Of a stretch of DNA of 64,000 nucleotides, positions 8,962 through 19,397 are shown piece after piece. Position numbers and translations under genes: made by a program. Under the pieces are notes generated by a model that was given only the letters and a program-made list of their open reading frames with translations, was not told where the DNA came from and did no database searches. Each line of letters starts with the position of its first letter. Position 1 is the stretch's first letter. Location: positions 159,647 to 223,646 of IMG/VR virus record IMGVR_UViG_3300042326_002445; one strand, given 5' to 3'.

Positions 8962-11468
8962 ATCTCAGCAAATGCATCTGGACTAGTTCCCCTTGACAAG
9001 TTTCTTATGCCGGAAAGATGCTTAATGGCGTCCCATTTTTCTTTTCTTATTCTTGCTAGCTGTTCTTTAGCATCAGTAGAAGTAGATTCTGCTGCTTTCT
9101 TTTCTGCTTCCGATAGTGTTTGAATCTTTTCAGCTATTTTCTTCTTTTCTTGTAGTAAGTTATAGAATTTTCTGTCTAGAGTGTTATCCGCAATCATATA
9201 TGTCACATTGATTGATTTTCTTGAGCTTATTCTATAAAATCTTCCAAGAGACTGGTCGTCATCGCTTGGAGACCAATCAAAGTCATTGACAATTACGTCT
9301 GTAAGTATATTCGGAAAGTCTAATCCAGTTCCGCCTGCATCTATGCTTATTACTATTGCCATATATTGTGAGGTAGGGTTTTTAAATTCGTTGATTAGAT
9401 TCTGTCTTTCTGTTCTGTTCTGTCCACCGTATATGGCTGCTACTTGCTTATTCTGTCCAGGATACATAGCATCTAAATCTAGCTTCAAAAGTCTTTGTAT
9501 CTCTTTTAAAGAATCTGCGTGAGCTGTAAATATACCAACTTTATTACCTCTTTCCATGATAGAAATTGCATAAGCCACAGTATTTGGTACTTTGCTCATT
9601 GCAATTTTCTCTCTTATCTTACTCATTTCTTGAGCAGATGGTCTTTCTCTATTCCTAACACCCTGCATGATTTCATCAATTTCGTCTGAAGAAAGAGAAA
9701 TAGGACTTTCATTTACAGTCATTTCTGGTATGTTTGGATTAACTTCTTTTTTACTTCTTCTTATATATATTCCCTGATCTGTTAATAAGTCTCTGATCAT
9801 ATCAGCTTTTTGCATTTTCTCTTCTTCATCATCTGAAGACTCAAACCTTCTTTTGAATTCTCCGTATTCCATGTTGCCTAGTCCATGATTTACTGCCTGT
9901 AGCTGATTAAGAAGATCTCTTGGCTTGTTTGCCACGATTGTTGCAGAAGCTCCCCATACAAACGGTATATATTTAGTAACTTCTTGAACGTTAAATGTTC
10001 TGTGACTGTTTCTATGCTTTAGGAAACCGTTCAGGTTTTTATCTTCTGGGTTCCCATTTTTAACCATGTGTATTTCGTCCAATATGCATACGGTAAATTT
10101 CTTTTGTTTTGCATAATTTATTAAAGTTTCCGTTACAATTTCTCTTAATGGTTTTTTTGATCCGTCTGGACTGGAGAAAAGTGAATCTTCTTCAAAAAGC
10201 TGATATGGTAACACAGTCCATCGTGATGGTGCTTGCCAATTTTCAGATATGTCAGCATCGCTAGCTCCAGTAATTTTTTGTATTTCTACTACAAGTTGTG
10301 GCACAACTGCATTTTTTGTTATAATCAAGCAGCCAGGTCCGCTTGTTTTCATTCTTATATCTGCTGCGACTATGCATTGAATCGTTTTTCCTACACCAAC
10401 CTCATCTCCTAAAAGTGCACTTTGTCTGGAGTAAAGAAACTGTATCCCTTTTACTTGAGCAGGAAAAAACTTTTTATCTTCTTCTGGGATATTCAAATTT
10501 CTAAAAAACATGTTCTCGTACTGAGATATTAAATCTGTAAATTCTTTATTTGTTTTAAATCCATCTAGCTGTCCATCTACTCTAGTCTTTTTGATCTTTT
10601 TGCTTCTAATCAATTCATCAATGAGAGCACCCATTGCAGCTGTATTAAAATCATTTTTCTCAAGCATTTTTTGTAAATTTTTTAATTCTCTGAAGTCGCA
10701 TCTTAAATAATATATTGTTCTCATACTTGTATTTATTTGCGCAACTTTGTATTGAGTATCTATGTTGTTTGCAGTGTCTGCTTTCTTGGGAAATAAAAAT
10801 GTTATAACATCATCCATTTGTTTTGAAACGACAGAAGGGTCTCTGCTCCCCTGATTGACGGTGATTTTTAATAACCAATTTGGATTATCCGAAATTTCTG
10901 CCAACACCATTGGATTAACGTAGCCTTCTTTATCTTCTGGTGAGCCATTAAGCACAGGAGTTAATGGAGATGTTTCAAATCTGCTTGCTGCAAGAGCTTC
11001 CACAAATTGTCTCATTAGATTTTTAGTAACACTAGATATAACATATGTTGTGTCGCCAACTGGAGCAACTTTATTTTGGAATATTCTTTTTACTATACTG
11101 TAAAATATGGCGCTAAATTTGTCAGTATTTGTTCTCCTGTCTTGTGTTTTTATAGTAAGATCGCCAAATTTATCAAAAGATACAACTTTTATCATAGTAT
11201 CTTCATTATTTCTTACAGATTGAGGCACGTCAAATACAGTTGTGTCATGAGCATTTATACTTAATTCTGTTAGTATGTTTTCTATTGCCATTTTATATTG
11301 AAAATTAGACTGCATTGTCTTTCTAGACCCAAAAGACATTGTCATAATGAGAGGTATCTTTGCAGACGAAGCTTTATGGGCAAATCTACAAAATTCATTA
11401 GGAGTAATACCTATAAGGGTTACAAAAAGATTTCCTAATCTGTCGATATTAAATGTGTAAGTGCTCAT
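8958..11468 (-). CDS. SNF2-family (SF2) helicase/ATPase with a long uncharacterised N-terminus
   Basis: GDEVGVGKT, DEIH, SAT, IDAGGTGLDF, QSLGRFYRIS motifs. Confidence 0.9.
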   Translation of the reverse strand: MSTYTFNIDRLGNLFVTLIGITPNEFCRFAHKASSAKIPLIMTMSFGSRKTMQSNFQYKMAIENILTELSINAHDTTVFDVPQSVRNNEDTMIKVVSFDKFGDLTIKTQDRRTNTDKFSAIFYSIVKRIFQNKVAPVGDTTYVISSVTKNLMRQFVEALAASRFETSPLTPVLNGSPEDKEGYVNPMVLAEISDNPNWLLKITVNQGSRDPSVVSKQMDDVITFLFPKKADTANNIDTQYKVAQINTSMRTIYYLRCDFRELKNLQKMLEKNDFNTAAMGALIDELIRSKKIKKTRVDGQLDGFKTNKEFTDLISQYENMFFRNLNIPEEDKKFFPAQVKGIQFLYSRQSALLGDEVGVGKTIQCIVAADIRMKTSGPGCLIITKNAVVPQLVVEIQKITGASDADISENWQAPSRWTVLPYQLFEEDSLFSSPDGSKKPLREIVTETLINYAKQKKFTVCILDEIHMVKNGNPEDKNLNGFLKHRNSHRTFNVQEVTKYIPFVWGASATIVANKPRDLLNQLQAVNHGLGNMEYGEFKRRFESSDDEEEKMQKADMIRDLLTDQGIYIRRSKKEVNPNIPEMTVNESPISLSSDEIDEIMQGVRNRERPSAQEMSKIREKIAMSKVPNTVAYAISIMERGNKVGIFTAHADSLKEIQRLLKLDLDAMYPGQNKQVAAIYGGQNRTERQNLINEFKNPTSQYMAIVISIDAGGTGLDFPNILTDVIVNDFDWSPSDDDQSLGRFYRISSRKSINVTYMIADNTLDRKFYNLLQEKKKIAEKIQTLSEAEKKAAESTSTDAKEQLARIRKEKWDAIKHLSGIRNLSRGTSPDAFAEI

Positions 11469-11497
11469 TATTTATATTTTTCGAGGACTTTTGGTCC

Positions 11498-12256
11498 ATG
11501 ACCTCCATGTTTACTCTTTTAACAGCAAGTTATAATAATATTTCGTATCTTGAGCAGTGGATGCACAGTGTTTTATCTCAAGATTATAGACCTTTACGTG
11601 TTTCTTTCGTTGATGATTGCAGCAATGATGGGACTGACGTGAATTTTCATAAATATGCACAAAAATTAGCAAATCAAGACATACAAGTAGAATACGTAAA
11701 AAATAGCAAAAGACTTTTTTATGGAAATTGTCTAAAGATCGCTTATGACATGTCAAAGGGAGATTTTTTTGGCTGTTTAGACGCAGATGATGGCTTAACC
11801 TCAGACGCCGTCTCTTCCGTAATGGAACAATATTTAAAATATCCGCATATTGGTTACGTGTATACTCAGTTTAAAATGTGCGACATCAATCTTAATCCTA
11901 CGAAAAGAGGTTTTAGTTCATGTCCACCTATGGGTAGCAGTCTTTTAAATGAGGGCAAAAGGAATAAACATTGTTATAGTCATTTTAGAACTTTTTCTAA
12001 TAGGGTAGAAAGATTGGAAAAAATATGGGCAAAAGATATGAGGTGCGCTGTTGATAAATACATGGGATATCGTCTTGAGGAGCTCGCAGACGGCCTGTTT
12101 CTCGACAAAGAGTGTTATCTGTGGAGGACTGGCAGAAAAGACTCCATAGGACATACAGAGCCATCTAGGGCTCAGTGGACAAAGGTTATGATTGAAGCCC
12201 GTAAGAGACGCACTATGTGGAAATTAAGTCCAAGACCAATCATTCATATAAAATGA
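11498..12256 (+). CDS. GT2 glycosyltransferase
   Basis: TASYNN, FVDDCSND, LDADD. Confidence 0.85.
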   Translation: MTSMFTLLTASYNNISYLEQWMHSVLSQDYRPLRVSFVDDCSNDGTDVNFHKYAQKLANQDIQVEYVKNSKRLFYGNCLKIAYDMSKGDFFGCLDADDGLTSDAVSSVMEQYLKYPHIGYVYTQFKMCDINLNPTKRGFSSCPPMGSSLLNEGKRNKHCYSHFRTFSNRVERLEKIWAKDMRCAVDKYMGYRLEELADGLFLDKECYLWRTGRKDSIGHTEPSRAQWTKVMIEARKRRTMWKLSPRPIIHIK

Positions 12257-14613
12257 AAATATCTGTTGTCACTACACTTTTTAATTATAAATCATACATT
12301 GTAGACTGCATAAAAAGTGTAGTGACGCAAGATTTTTATGATTTAGAAATGATTGTTGTAGATGACGGATCAACTGACGGGGGTCCAGAGTGTGTTGAAA
12401 GAAAATTTGCAGAAGACTCAAGAGTAAAGCTGGTCCGTTTAAACAAAAATTATGGCTATTCAGTTGCCAAAAATGTTGGGATATCCATGTCTTCTGGAAG
12501 CTTTATATGCATGCTTGATGCAGACGACATGCTTATGCCCAGTTCGCTTTCAAAAAGATATAATAAGATTCTAGAAGGTTTCGACTTAGTGCATGGATGG
12601 GCTTACAACTTTCATAAAAATAAACGTTGGGAAAATGATTTAAGAAAAAAATGGATTGAAAATAAAAAACCAGTGTTTCAATGGAAGAATATCCACCCAC
12701 AATGCGTTCTTCTTAAAAAAGATTTGCATAATTCTATAGGCTTGTATGATGAAGATCTAAAATGCAAGAGTGACAGAGAAATGTGGGCTAGAATATTTAA
12801 CCACGGGTTTAAAATTGGTTTTATAGATGAACCTGTTGCTCTTTATAGGCAACATCCATCTCAGATGCATAAAAGCCCGTGGAAAATAAAGAATAATAAG
12901 CGTTTAGCAAGCGAGCTTTTGAGTCTTGTCGAAATAAGAAAGAGCGATATATCAGAATGCCAAATGCTATCTAATTATAATTGGAAAGATAAAATATTGA
13001 GCAAGCAAAAGTTAAATAATTCAGAAGCTGAGCCGATGGCTAGGGAAAATCCAGCATTGTTGTATGGAGAAGATTTTTTTTCTAAAAGAACTTCTAACAA
13101 GCATGATTGGGGCCTTGAGATGGGAAAGTATTTGTCAATGAAGTTGAATCTTTCGTCTGTTATAGATTGGGGATGTGGTATTGGATCTTTAATTTCTGGT
13201 GCAAAATTACAAGGTGTGGAAAAATTGCTTGGAGTAGAGGTTGGTTATGATGCGGCAAAGCCATATCTTGTTGAAAACGTAAAAGATAATATTGTGTACG
13301 GAAATGCTGCGCACAAATGCGATTTCGGCAAATTTGACGCAGCAGTATCTATAGAGGTAGCCGAACACTTATTGCCAGAACAGGCTGATGTTTTTTGTGA
13401 TAATTTAGCTAATAGCTCTTCAAGAATTATTGTTATTACTGCTGCAAGACCAGGACAAGAAGGTGTTTATCATTTTAATTGTCAACCAAAAGAATATTGG
13501 ATAAATAAGATACAAAAGCTTGGATTCACATACAGGCAAGATTTGTCGGATAAGATATCAAAGGGATGGAGAGAAAATGTCCCTGGGATTCCTTCGTATC
13601 TCACTCAAAATGTTATGGTATTTAAAATAGATTCTAAATGTCCAGATGATATAAAAAAAAAGAACATACATATAGGCAAATCAGCTGACATTATTAAAGT
13701 TAGTTTTGATCTTCCAGATAATGACTCTAGTGGCAAGCATAAATTTTTTCAAAGAGTAAGAGAGAATCTTCACTTTTTTAACTGCAAACCAGTTGGTTCT
13801 GCTGAAAAATCAGATATACATTTTTATATAAATAATCCAAGTAAAAAGTCTGTAGTTAACATTAAAAGATTAGATGGCGTATATTTTGATGGGACAAATA
13901 GTACAAAAGTAAAAAATTCTGGCATACTTAATTCTATGAAAATTGCAGATGGAATAGTATTTCAAAGTCAATACTGTAAGGATTACGGTTGTAAAATACT
14001 TAATTTTAATTCGCATAAACCTAATGCGGTTATATACAACGGTTGTGACCCGAGTGAATTTACGGTTGCTCCAAAAGAAATTGGATGTCCATATTTCTTA
14101 GCTTTATGTAAATGGCGTCGTCACAAAAGACTACGGGAATCTGTTGATGGCTTTATAAAAGCTAATATTGATGGTGTTAAACTTGTTGTGTGTGGACCCC
14201 CAGACTACAGAGTTGACCATCCTGGAGTTATATATGCTGGAGATTTGAACAGATCTGATTTAGCACGGTATATCGCTGGATGTATTGGTACAGTGCACCT
14301 TGCATGGATAGATTGGTGTCCCAATTCTGTTGTAGAAAGCATAGTCGCTGGAAAACAGGTAATACATACTAATTCTGGCGGAACATCAGAAATAGTAAAA
14401 AATAGGGGATATATGGTTTCTGATACTGTTTGGCATGGAGAGCAGGCGAGTCCTAAGAATCCACCGCAAATCAATTTAGACGAAATCGCATTGGCATACA
14501 TAAAGAGTTATCGCAATCCAATAATAAATTTTAATTATAATGATTTATTGATATCTAATTCAGTAAAGCAGTATATAGAATTTGGAATTTCCGTACTCAG
14601 GAGTAAAAAGTGA
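12253..14613 (+). CDS. three-domain fusion: GT2 + class I SAM methyltransferase + GT4
   Basis: VDDGSTD/LDADD (GT2); IDWGCGIG, SIEVAEHL (methyltransferase); CPNSVVESIVAGKQVIHTNSGG (GT4). Confidence 0.85.
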   Translation: MKISVVTTLFNYKSYIVDCIKSVVTQDFYDLEMIVVDDGSTDGGPECVERKFAEDSRVKLVRLNKNYGYSVAKNVGISMSSGSFICMLDADDMLMPSSLSKRYNKILEGFDLVHGWAYNFHKNKRWENDLRKKWIENKKPVFQWKNIHPQCVLLKKDLHNSIGLYDEDLKCKSDREMWARIFNHGFKIGFIDEPVALYRQHPSQMHKSPWKIKNNKRLASELLSLVEIRKSDISECQMLSNYNWKDKILSKQKLNNSEAEPMARENPALLYGEDFFSKRTSNKHDWGLEMGKYLSMKLNLSSVIDWGCGIGSLISGAKLQGVEKLLGVEVGYDAAKPYLVENVKDNIVYGNAAHKCDFGKFDAAVSIEVAEHLLPEQADVFCDNLANSSSRIIVITAARPGQEGVYHFNCQPKEYWINKIQKLGFTYRQDLSDKISKGWRENVPGIPSYLTQNVMVFKIDSKCPDDIKKKNIHIGKSADIIKVSFDLPDNDSSGKHKFFQRVRENLHFFNCKPVGSAEKSDIHFYINNPSKKSVVNIKRLDGVYFDGTNSTKVKNSGILNSMKIADGIVFQSQYCKDYGCKILNFNSHKPNAVIYNGCDPSEFTVAPKEIGCPYFLALCKWRRHKRLRESVDGFIKANIDGVKLVVCGPPDYRVDHPGVIYAGDLNRSDLARYIAGCIGTVHLAWIDWCPNSVVESIVAGKQVIHTNSGGTSEIVKNRGYMVSDTVWHGEQASPKNPPQINLDEIALAYIKSYRNPIINFNYNDLLISNSVKQYIEFGISVLRSKK

Positions 14614-15551
14614 TTAGTCATGTGATATTGCATTATAACAGACCTTGGCTTCTCAAAGCTCATATAGATTTAATTAGACATTTTTGTCCGTCTGTTTCTG
14701 AAATAATAATAGCTGATGATGGATCTGACAGTAGAGTTATTAACTATATAAGCAAGATAGGAGCAAATGATGTCTATGTGCAAAAGAATCACTTGCATGA
14801 ATGGGACAAAAGTTCTGCTTCTAATACTCTCATTAATAGTATTAAAAGATGCAAAAATAAATATATAAGTTTTTCCGAAGACGATTTTTTTGTTTGCCCA
14901 AGCGGGATAGATGACAGCTCTTTTTACAATAACGGAGAGTATCCCAGTGGAAAGATTTCAGGTGGTTGCGATCCGTTAGAAGATTGTCTATTTCTTTTCA
15001 AGAATCAAAGAGCAATCATAATTCAGCCTTCCAGAGATGCAAATGGATGGAAAGGAGTTCCATGTACTGGAAAAACCAGGGCAAATAAGTCTACTTGGTG
15101 CCAAATTGATCACGAAAAGAAGAAAAGATTTTATTATAGTAATTGGCCTTGGGTTATGCAGTATCAAGTGGCAAAGCACTTAGATATTCCAAGAGATTCT
15201 GGCATGTGGAGAGTCGAAAGTCATTTAAATAAGTGGATGACTAAGAATTTTGGAAATGGTAATTGGAATTGGTGTGCTCAAAAAAGAATGTTCATTCACG
15301 TTGGTCTGCCTTTTTCTAAAAAAGATATGAGATATTCAGATAATACTGAAAAGTCTATGATTAGAAATGAGCAGTCAAAAGCATTTGCCGACTCTATAGG
15401 TCATAAGCAAAATTTTGAAAATATTAATGATTTTAATAATATTTTTTTAGAAAAATGGCTTGAAAAGAAAAGCGAAATTTTAGTCCAATCTCTTTCAGAA
15501 AATGGCATAAAGAACACTTTTGAAAGGTTCGCAACCGAGGTTATGTCGTGA
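14610..15551 (+). CDS. GT2-like glycosyltransferase
   Basis: ILHYNRP, ADDGSD, SEDDF. Confidence 0.7.
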   Translation: MISHVILHYNRPWLLKAHIDLIRHFCPSVSEIIIADDGSDSRVINYISKIGANDVYVQKNHLHEWDKSSASNTLINSIKRCKNKYISFSEDDFFVCPSGIDDSSFYNNGEYPSGKISGGCDPLEDCLFLFKNQRAIIIQPSRDANGWKGVPCTGKTRANKSTWCQIDHEKKKRFYYSNWPWVMQYQVAKHLDIPRDSGMWRVESHLNKWMTKNFGNGNWNWCAQKRMFIHVGLPFSKKDMRYSDNTEKSMIRNEQSKAFADSIGHKQNFENINDFNNIFLEKWLEKKSEILVQSLSENGIKNTFERFATEVMS

Positions 15552-16447
15552 AGATAGATTATATTGTTTTACATTGGAATAGGCCTTATTTTGCAGAAAT
15601 TAATGTAAAATTGGCAAAGCTTTATTTCCCTTTCATTAGAAATTTTATACTTCTTGACGATGGCTCAGAACCAAATTGTATTGAAATTTTAAAGAAAGAA
15701 TTTACTGAAGTAATAACGAGTAAAAATAATAAAAATGAGTGGAAAAACGGCAGTGTTGGTTATTTGTTGGAAAATTTTTTTACACAATCAGATGCGGACT
15801 TTATAATATTTACAGAAGATGATTTTTTACCGTGTTTGAATTATTTTGATGATTCAGAAACAGAAAACACTCTAATATCTCCTGATGTCCTGTTTAAACA
15901 GTGTGTGGTTGCAGAGAATTTAGAAACACATATACACAACATAGGCAGTCCTTTTTTCTATTTAAATTTAGGAAAATCTAATTATGGATGGAAGTCTTTA
16001 GACGCATACGAGTACAATGATAATTTTTTAAGAGTAATTCCGCATAAAGAAAAAAGAATTTATAGCAATTGGCCTTGGATAATGGGTAAAAATGTGTTTA
16101 AAAAAGCTATGAAAAATTTGAAAGATGCACCCATTTGGCAAATAGAAAATATAATTGACGGTAACATGAAAAAAATATCTAGAGTTAAGCCTTTGTGTGT
16201 AAAGCAAAAAATGTTTATACATGCTGGCTTCATATGCACAACGAGAAAAGACGCATTTTCTCAAATAGGCAAATTTAATAAAAATAGACTCACTAGTGCT
16301 AGTAACTTTACTGGAGAGTCTCAGACTAGTCTAGATGCTTTGCGTAGTGAATATTTATCTAAATATTTTTCTGGAAAAAGAATAAGCATGGAAGATCTTT
16401 TTACAAAAGGACTTCATCATGCTTTGAAAAATTTTATCACTTCATAG
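15548..16447 (+). CDS. GT2-like glycosyltransferase, tandem paralog of 14610..15551
   Basis: VLHWNRP, LDDGSE, TEDDF, YSNWPW, MFIH.G shared with the upstream gene. Confidence 0.7.
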   Translation: MKIDYIVLHWNRPYFAEINVKLAKLYFPFIRNFILLDDGSEPNCIEILKKEFTEVITSKNNKNEWKNGSVGYLLENFFTQSDADFIIFTEDDFLPCLNYFDDSETENTLISPDVLFKQCVVAENLETHIHNIGSPFFYLNLGKSNYGWKSLDAYEYNDNFLRVIPHKEKRIYSNWPWIMGKNVFKKAMKNLKDAPIWQIENIIDGNMKKISRVKPLCVKQKMFIHAGFICTTRKDAFSQIGKFNKNRLTSASNFTGESQTSLDALRSEYLSKYFSGKRISMEDLFTKGLHHALKNFITS

Positions 16448-16838
16448 TAACTTCTGAGACAATACCGGCTAATGGAATTGGCTGACTGATTGGCTGCCAT
16501 CCAGATAGCATATTACTGTCTTTGGGCTTAGCGCCTATCTCAGCGTTTGTTGCTACAGTCACGTGAGGCTTTCTGCCGTCTTTAACATCGTATCCTTTTA
16601 CTCCAACTGCTATCACCTTTTCATCTTTTGCCCATTCAGTGGCAGTCAAATTTATAATTTGCCCAATTTCTTTTTTGTTTTTTGCTGGTCCCATATTTAT
16701 GGTCATATGATGTGCATAAATCTTCCAGCCTTTTGGGATAAACGTACTCATTCTTTCAACCAAAATTTGATGACTTGCTTGGTCTAGAATGATGCCCGTA
16801 TATGATATGTTTTGATTAGCTTTTTTATACCAATTCAT
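16437..16838 (-). CDS. 2H phosphoesterase with MNWYKKA N-terminal motif
   Basis: Two HxT motifs: HHMTI and PHVTV. Confidence 0.8.
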   Translation of the reverse strand: MNWYKKANQNISYTGIILDQASHQILVERMSTFIPKGWKIYAHHMTINMGPAKNKKEIGQIINLTATEWAKDEKVIAVGVKGYDVKDGRKPHVTVATNAEIGAKPKDSNMLSGWQPISQPIPLAGIVSEVTMK

Positions 16839-16916
16839 AATGTATAATTTTATTTTCCTATATGGATCATTCTTTCCTTTCTTATTGTCTCGAAGGATAC
16901 GATATATTTAGAGTAG

Positions 16917-16987
16917 TGCCCCGTGATGTAACGGTAGCATCGGAGCCTTTGAAGCTTTTTGTCTTGGTTCGAATCCAAGCGGGGCAG
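16917..16987 (+). tRNA. tRNA-Gln (anticodon TTG)
   Basis: Acceptor TGCCCCG/CGGGGCA, anticodon loop CTTTGAA, GTTCGAAT T-loop, U1-A72 and G73; no encoded CCA. Confidence 0.93.
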
Positions 16988-16992
16988 TTTTT

Positions 16993-17388
16993 ATGAATAA
17001 AAGCGATATTTCAAAAGTAGAATTTATTTTTCCAAAATTAATTCAAATATGGGAAAAAGCACCAGAGTCAAGGCCTGCATCTATGTCTGGCGTCAGATGT
17101 GCTCATGACCTATGGGATTGGTGTGATGAAAGACTAATGGATTTTGATGATCTTGAAACATATTTGAGTATGTTTATAATTGAAAAATTATCTAAATTTT
17201 TTGCTTTGTCTATTACCATTAAAAATGGAACTCAAGAAATAAAAAATGTAGATGAAAATATATCTGTTTCTGGTTTCAGCATTATTTCATCTCTATCTGA
17301 AATGATAAAAATTTCTGAGAATATGAATGAATTAAAGAATAGTTCTGTTGAGACTATTCGAAAGACAGTTCTTAAGGCTGCTCGCTAA
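16993..17388 (+). CDS. hypothetical protein
   Basis: 131 aa ORF. Confidence 0.7.
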   Translation: MNKSDISKVEFIFPKLIQIWEKAPESRPASMSGVRCAHDLWDWCDERLMDFDDLETYLSMFIIEKLSKFFALSITIKNGTQEIKNVDENISVSGFSIISSLSEMIKISENMNELKNSSVETIRKTVLKAAR

Positions 17389-17658
17389 TTATCGTAGCTT
17401 TAATACATAGACGCACATTTCAGCTCTTTTGCTGAATAATTCTATACTTTTTTTAATTTCTATACAATTAAGGTTTTCTATAAAATCTTTATTTTTAAGA
17501 GTATCGTCTATTAGCAAATTAAATTCTTTTACAGTTTTATCTTCTAAGTCTTGTTTTAAAGCTTCTTTCCATAAAGAAATATCCCAACCAAATATTTTGT
17601 TTACACCTAAAGCCTTGAGGGTGTCTAGGTTGTTCGATAAATGATTAGGTTCGCACAT
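17389..17658 (-). CDS. hypothetical protein
   Basis: 89 aa ORF; stop abuts the convergent gene. Confidence 0.55.
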   Translation of the reverse strand: MCEPNHLSNNLDTLKALGVNKIFGWDISLWKEALKQDLEDKTVKEFNLLIDDTLKNKDFIENLNCIEIKKSIELFSKRAEMCVYVLKLR

Positions 17659-18283
17659 GATTATGGAAAAACACCTACAGTTTAATTCAGAAAAATTTAA
17701 TAAATTCTTTTCTTCTCCTTTTGATTTTTCAAAACAAATTTCTCTTGAAAAGTATTTGATTACCTCATTAGGTCATGATTTTGTTACAGAAGAAGAAAGA
17801 TGTAAAGTGCTTTTAAAAACTTCATTTACAAAAAACGAAGCTATGGGGTATGCAAGCTATAGTGGCGGTCACCCTTCTCGAAAGTTTATAACAAAACTTA
17901 TGCAGATAATGAGATCGTTAGACACGGAAATTATCTTGTTTTGGATGAACTGCTTGCAGTCTGACGAATATCACAGAGCATTTTTGCAAAAGTGTTGGCG
18001 AGCAAGTGGGTGTAAGCTAAGCGAAAATTGGCAGACAAGAGCATTTCGCATTTGGGATTTTGTAAAAGTTAATAAATTTGTCGCAACCAATGCTGTCATA
18101 ATATTGCCTGATAAAAAGTCTTGTGAAGACCATAAAGACCTTGACGGAGCTATGAATAATTTTGGAATGGCTGGATCAAATTTTTTTGTAAGAAAAAATA
18201 GGTATAGTTTACCTTCTTTTTGTATGTGTTTAAACATTGATGTTTTGAATGAATGTATCATAGACATGAAAGACGGGATATAA
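17657..18283 (+). CDS. hypothetical protein
   Basis: 208 aa ORF. Confidence 0.75.
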   Translation: MIMEKHLQFNSEKFNKFFSSPFDFSKQISLEKYLITSLGHDFVTEEERCKVLLKTSFTKNEAMGYASYSGGHPSRKFITKLMQIMRSLDTEIILFWMNCLQSDEYHRAFLQKCWRASGCKLSENWQTRAFRIWDFVKVNKFVATNAVIILPDKKSCEDHKDLDGAMNNFGMAGSNFFVRKNRYSLPSFCMCLNIDVLNECIIDMKDGI

Positions 18284-18289
18284 TACAGT

Positions 18290-18883
18290 ATGAGCAATCA
18301 GAAAAAATCAAAGTCAAAAATTTCACAAAAGTCTAATAGCGTAAAAAATTTTAATAACTACCATTCTCATATGTGGAAAACTTATGCATCTAATGTTTCG
18401 ACTGGGAGTATTAATTCTTACCCATATAAGTGGGAAGACAAGTCGTTTGAGCCAGAAATTATTGATTTAGGCTTCGAAGGATGGACTTTTTCTCTTACGC
18501 ACAATGTTACTCAGACAAAGATTGAGGGAATAAAACATTTTGAAGCTAGTGGAATATCTATTGTTATTGCAGCTTCAATTTTAGATAGTAGCAAAAATGA
18601 TTGGTATAAAGTTTTTGTGTCCCTCAATACAGCAACTCCAAATGATTCAAATATAATTAATCAAGATGAAAATAATATAGATATAAAAGTTTCAATCAAG
18701 TCTAATGATGATGACTACAAAAATTGGTTTAAAAACTGGTCAATTAACCAAGACGGCATGTGCTTATCTTTTTCTTCAAAAGACAACATGTCTGTAATTG
18801 AAGAAATGTCTATAATAGGAAATATTATAGAAAAAATTAAGGGGAGACTAATCCTTGAAAAACTTTCGCAAAACAAATCTTAA
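18290..18883 (+). CDS. hypothetical protein
   Basis: 197 aa ORF. Confidence 0.75.
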   Translation: MSNQKKSKSKISQKSNSVKNFNNYHSHMWKTYASNVSTGSINSYPYKWEDKSFEPEIIDLGFEGWTFSLTHNVTQTKIEGIKHFEASGISIVIAASILDSSKNDWYKVFVSLNTATPNDSNIINQDENNIDIKVSIKSNDDDYKNWFKNWSINQDGMCLSFSSKDNMSVIEEMSIIGNIIEKIKGRLILEKLSQNKS

Positions 18884-19004
18884 AAACAATCAAGTACAAA
18901 TCGATAAATGTGCTTTTAAGATATGGCTTAGTGGTTTTGTTGTAGGCGTGATACTAACTTTTTCTTTTGTTAGTTTGGTTATGGTGCTTAATGCTTGGCA
19001 TTAA
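18855..19004 (+). CDS. small single-pass membrane protein (not in ORF track)
   Basis: TTG start after GGGGAG; 49 aa with IWLSGFVVGVILTFSFVSLVMVL. Confidence 0.5.
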   Translation: MKNFRKTNLKNNQVQIDKCAFKIWLSGFVVGVILTFSFVSLVMVLNAWH

Positions 19005-19379
19005 TTAGAAAGCTATTTGACGCATTTGCTCAAGTAAAGCTTTGCCTGATGTAAGCAATTCTATGTTTACATTTTTTTCTTTTGCTTTTGTCGCATTTTT
19101 TGGGTCTTTTACATATTCTATTGCTTCTTGAAATACATTTTTTAAAGCTATTAGTGCGTCGTTGTTATTAGACTGTTCTGCTTCTTCTATAAAACAATGC
19201 CAAGTGTTGTTGTGAGTTAATCCTCTAGGACCTGTATTACCACCTTGTATGTTTTTTATTGGGTTTACTTTAATAAAATTTTTATTAAGTATATCTACTA
19301 GGTCTTTACATTCTTGAGCTAGAACTGTAGACTGATTTTGTGAAATTTTATTAAAATGTTTGGTAACTATTTTAAGCAT
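19005..19379 (-). CDS. hypothetical protein
   Basis: 124 aa; N-terminal FNKISQ resembles YKISQ of ORF 46503..47030. Confidence 0.7.
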   Translation of the reverse strand: MLKIVTKHFNKISQNQSTVLAQECKDLVDILNKNFIKVNPIKNIQGGNTGPRGLTHNNTWHCFIEEAEQSNNNDALIALKNVFQEAIEYVKDPKNATKAKEKNVNIELLTSGKALLEQMRQIAF

Positions 19380-19397
19380 ATTGGTAATTACCGTTAT

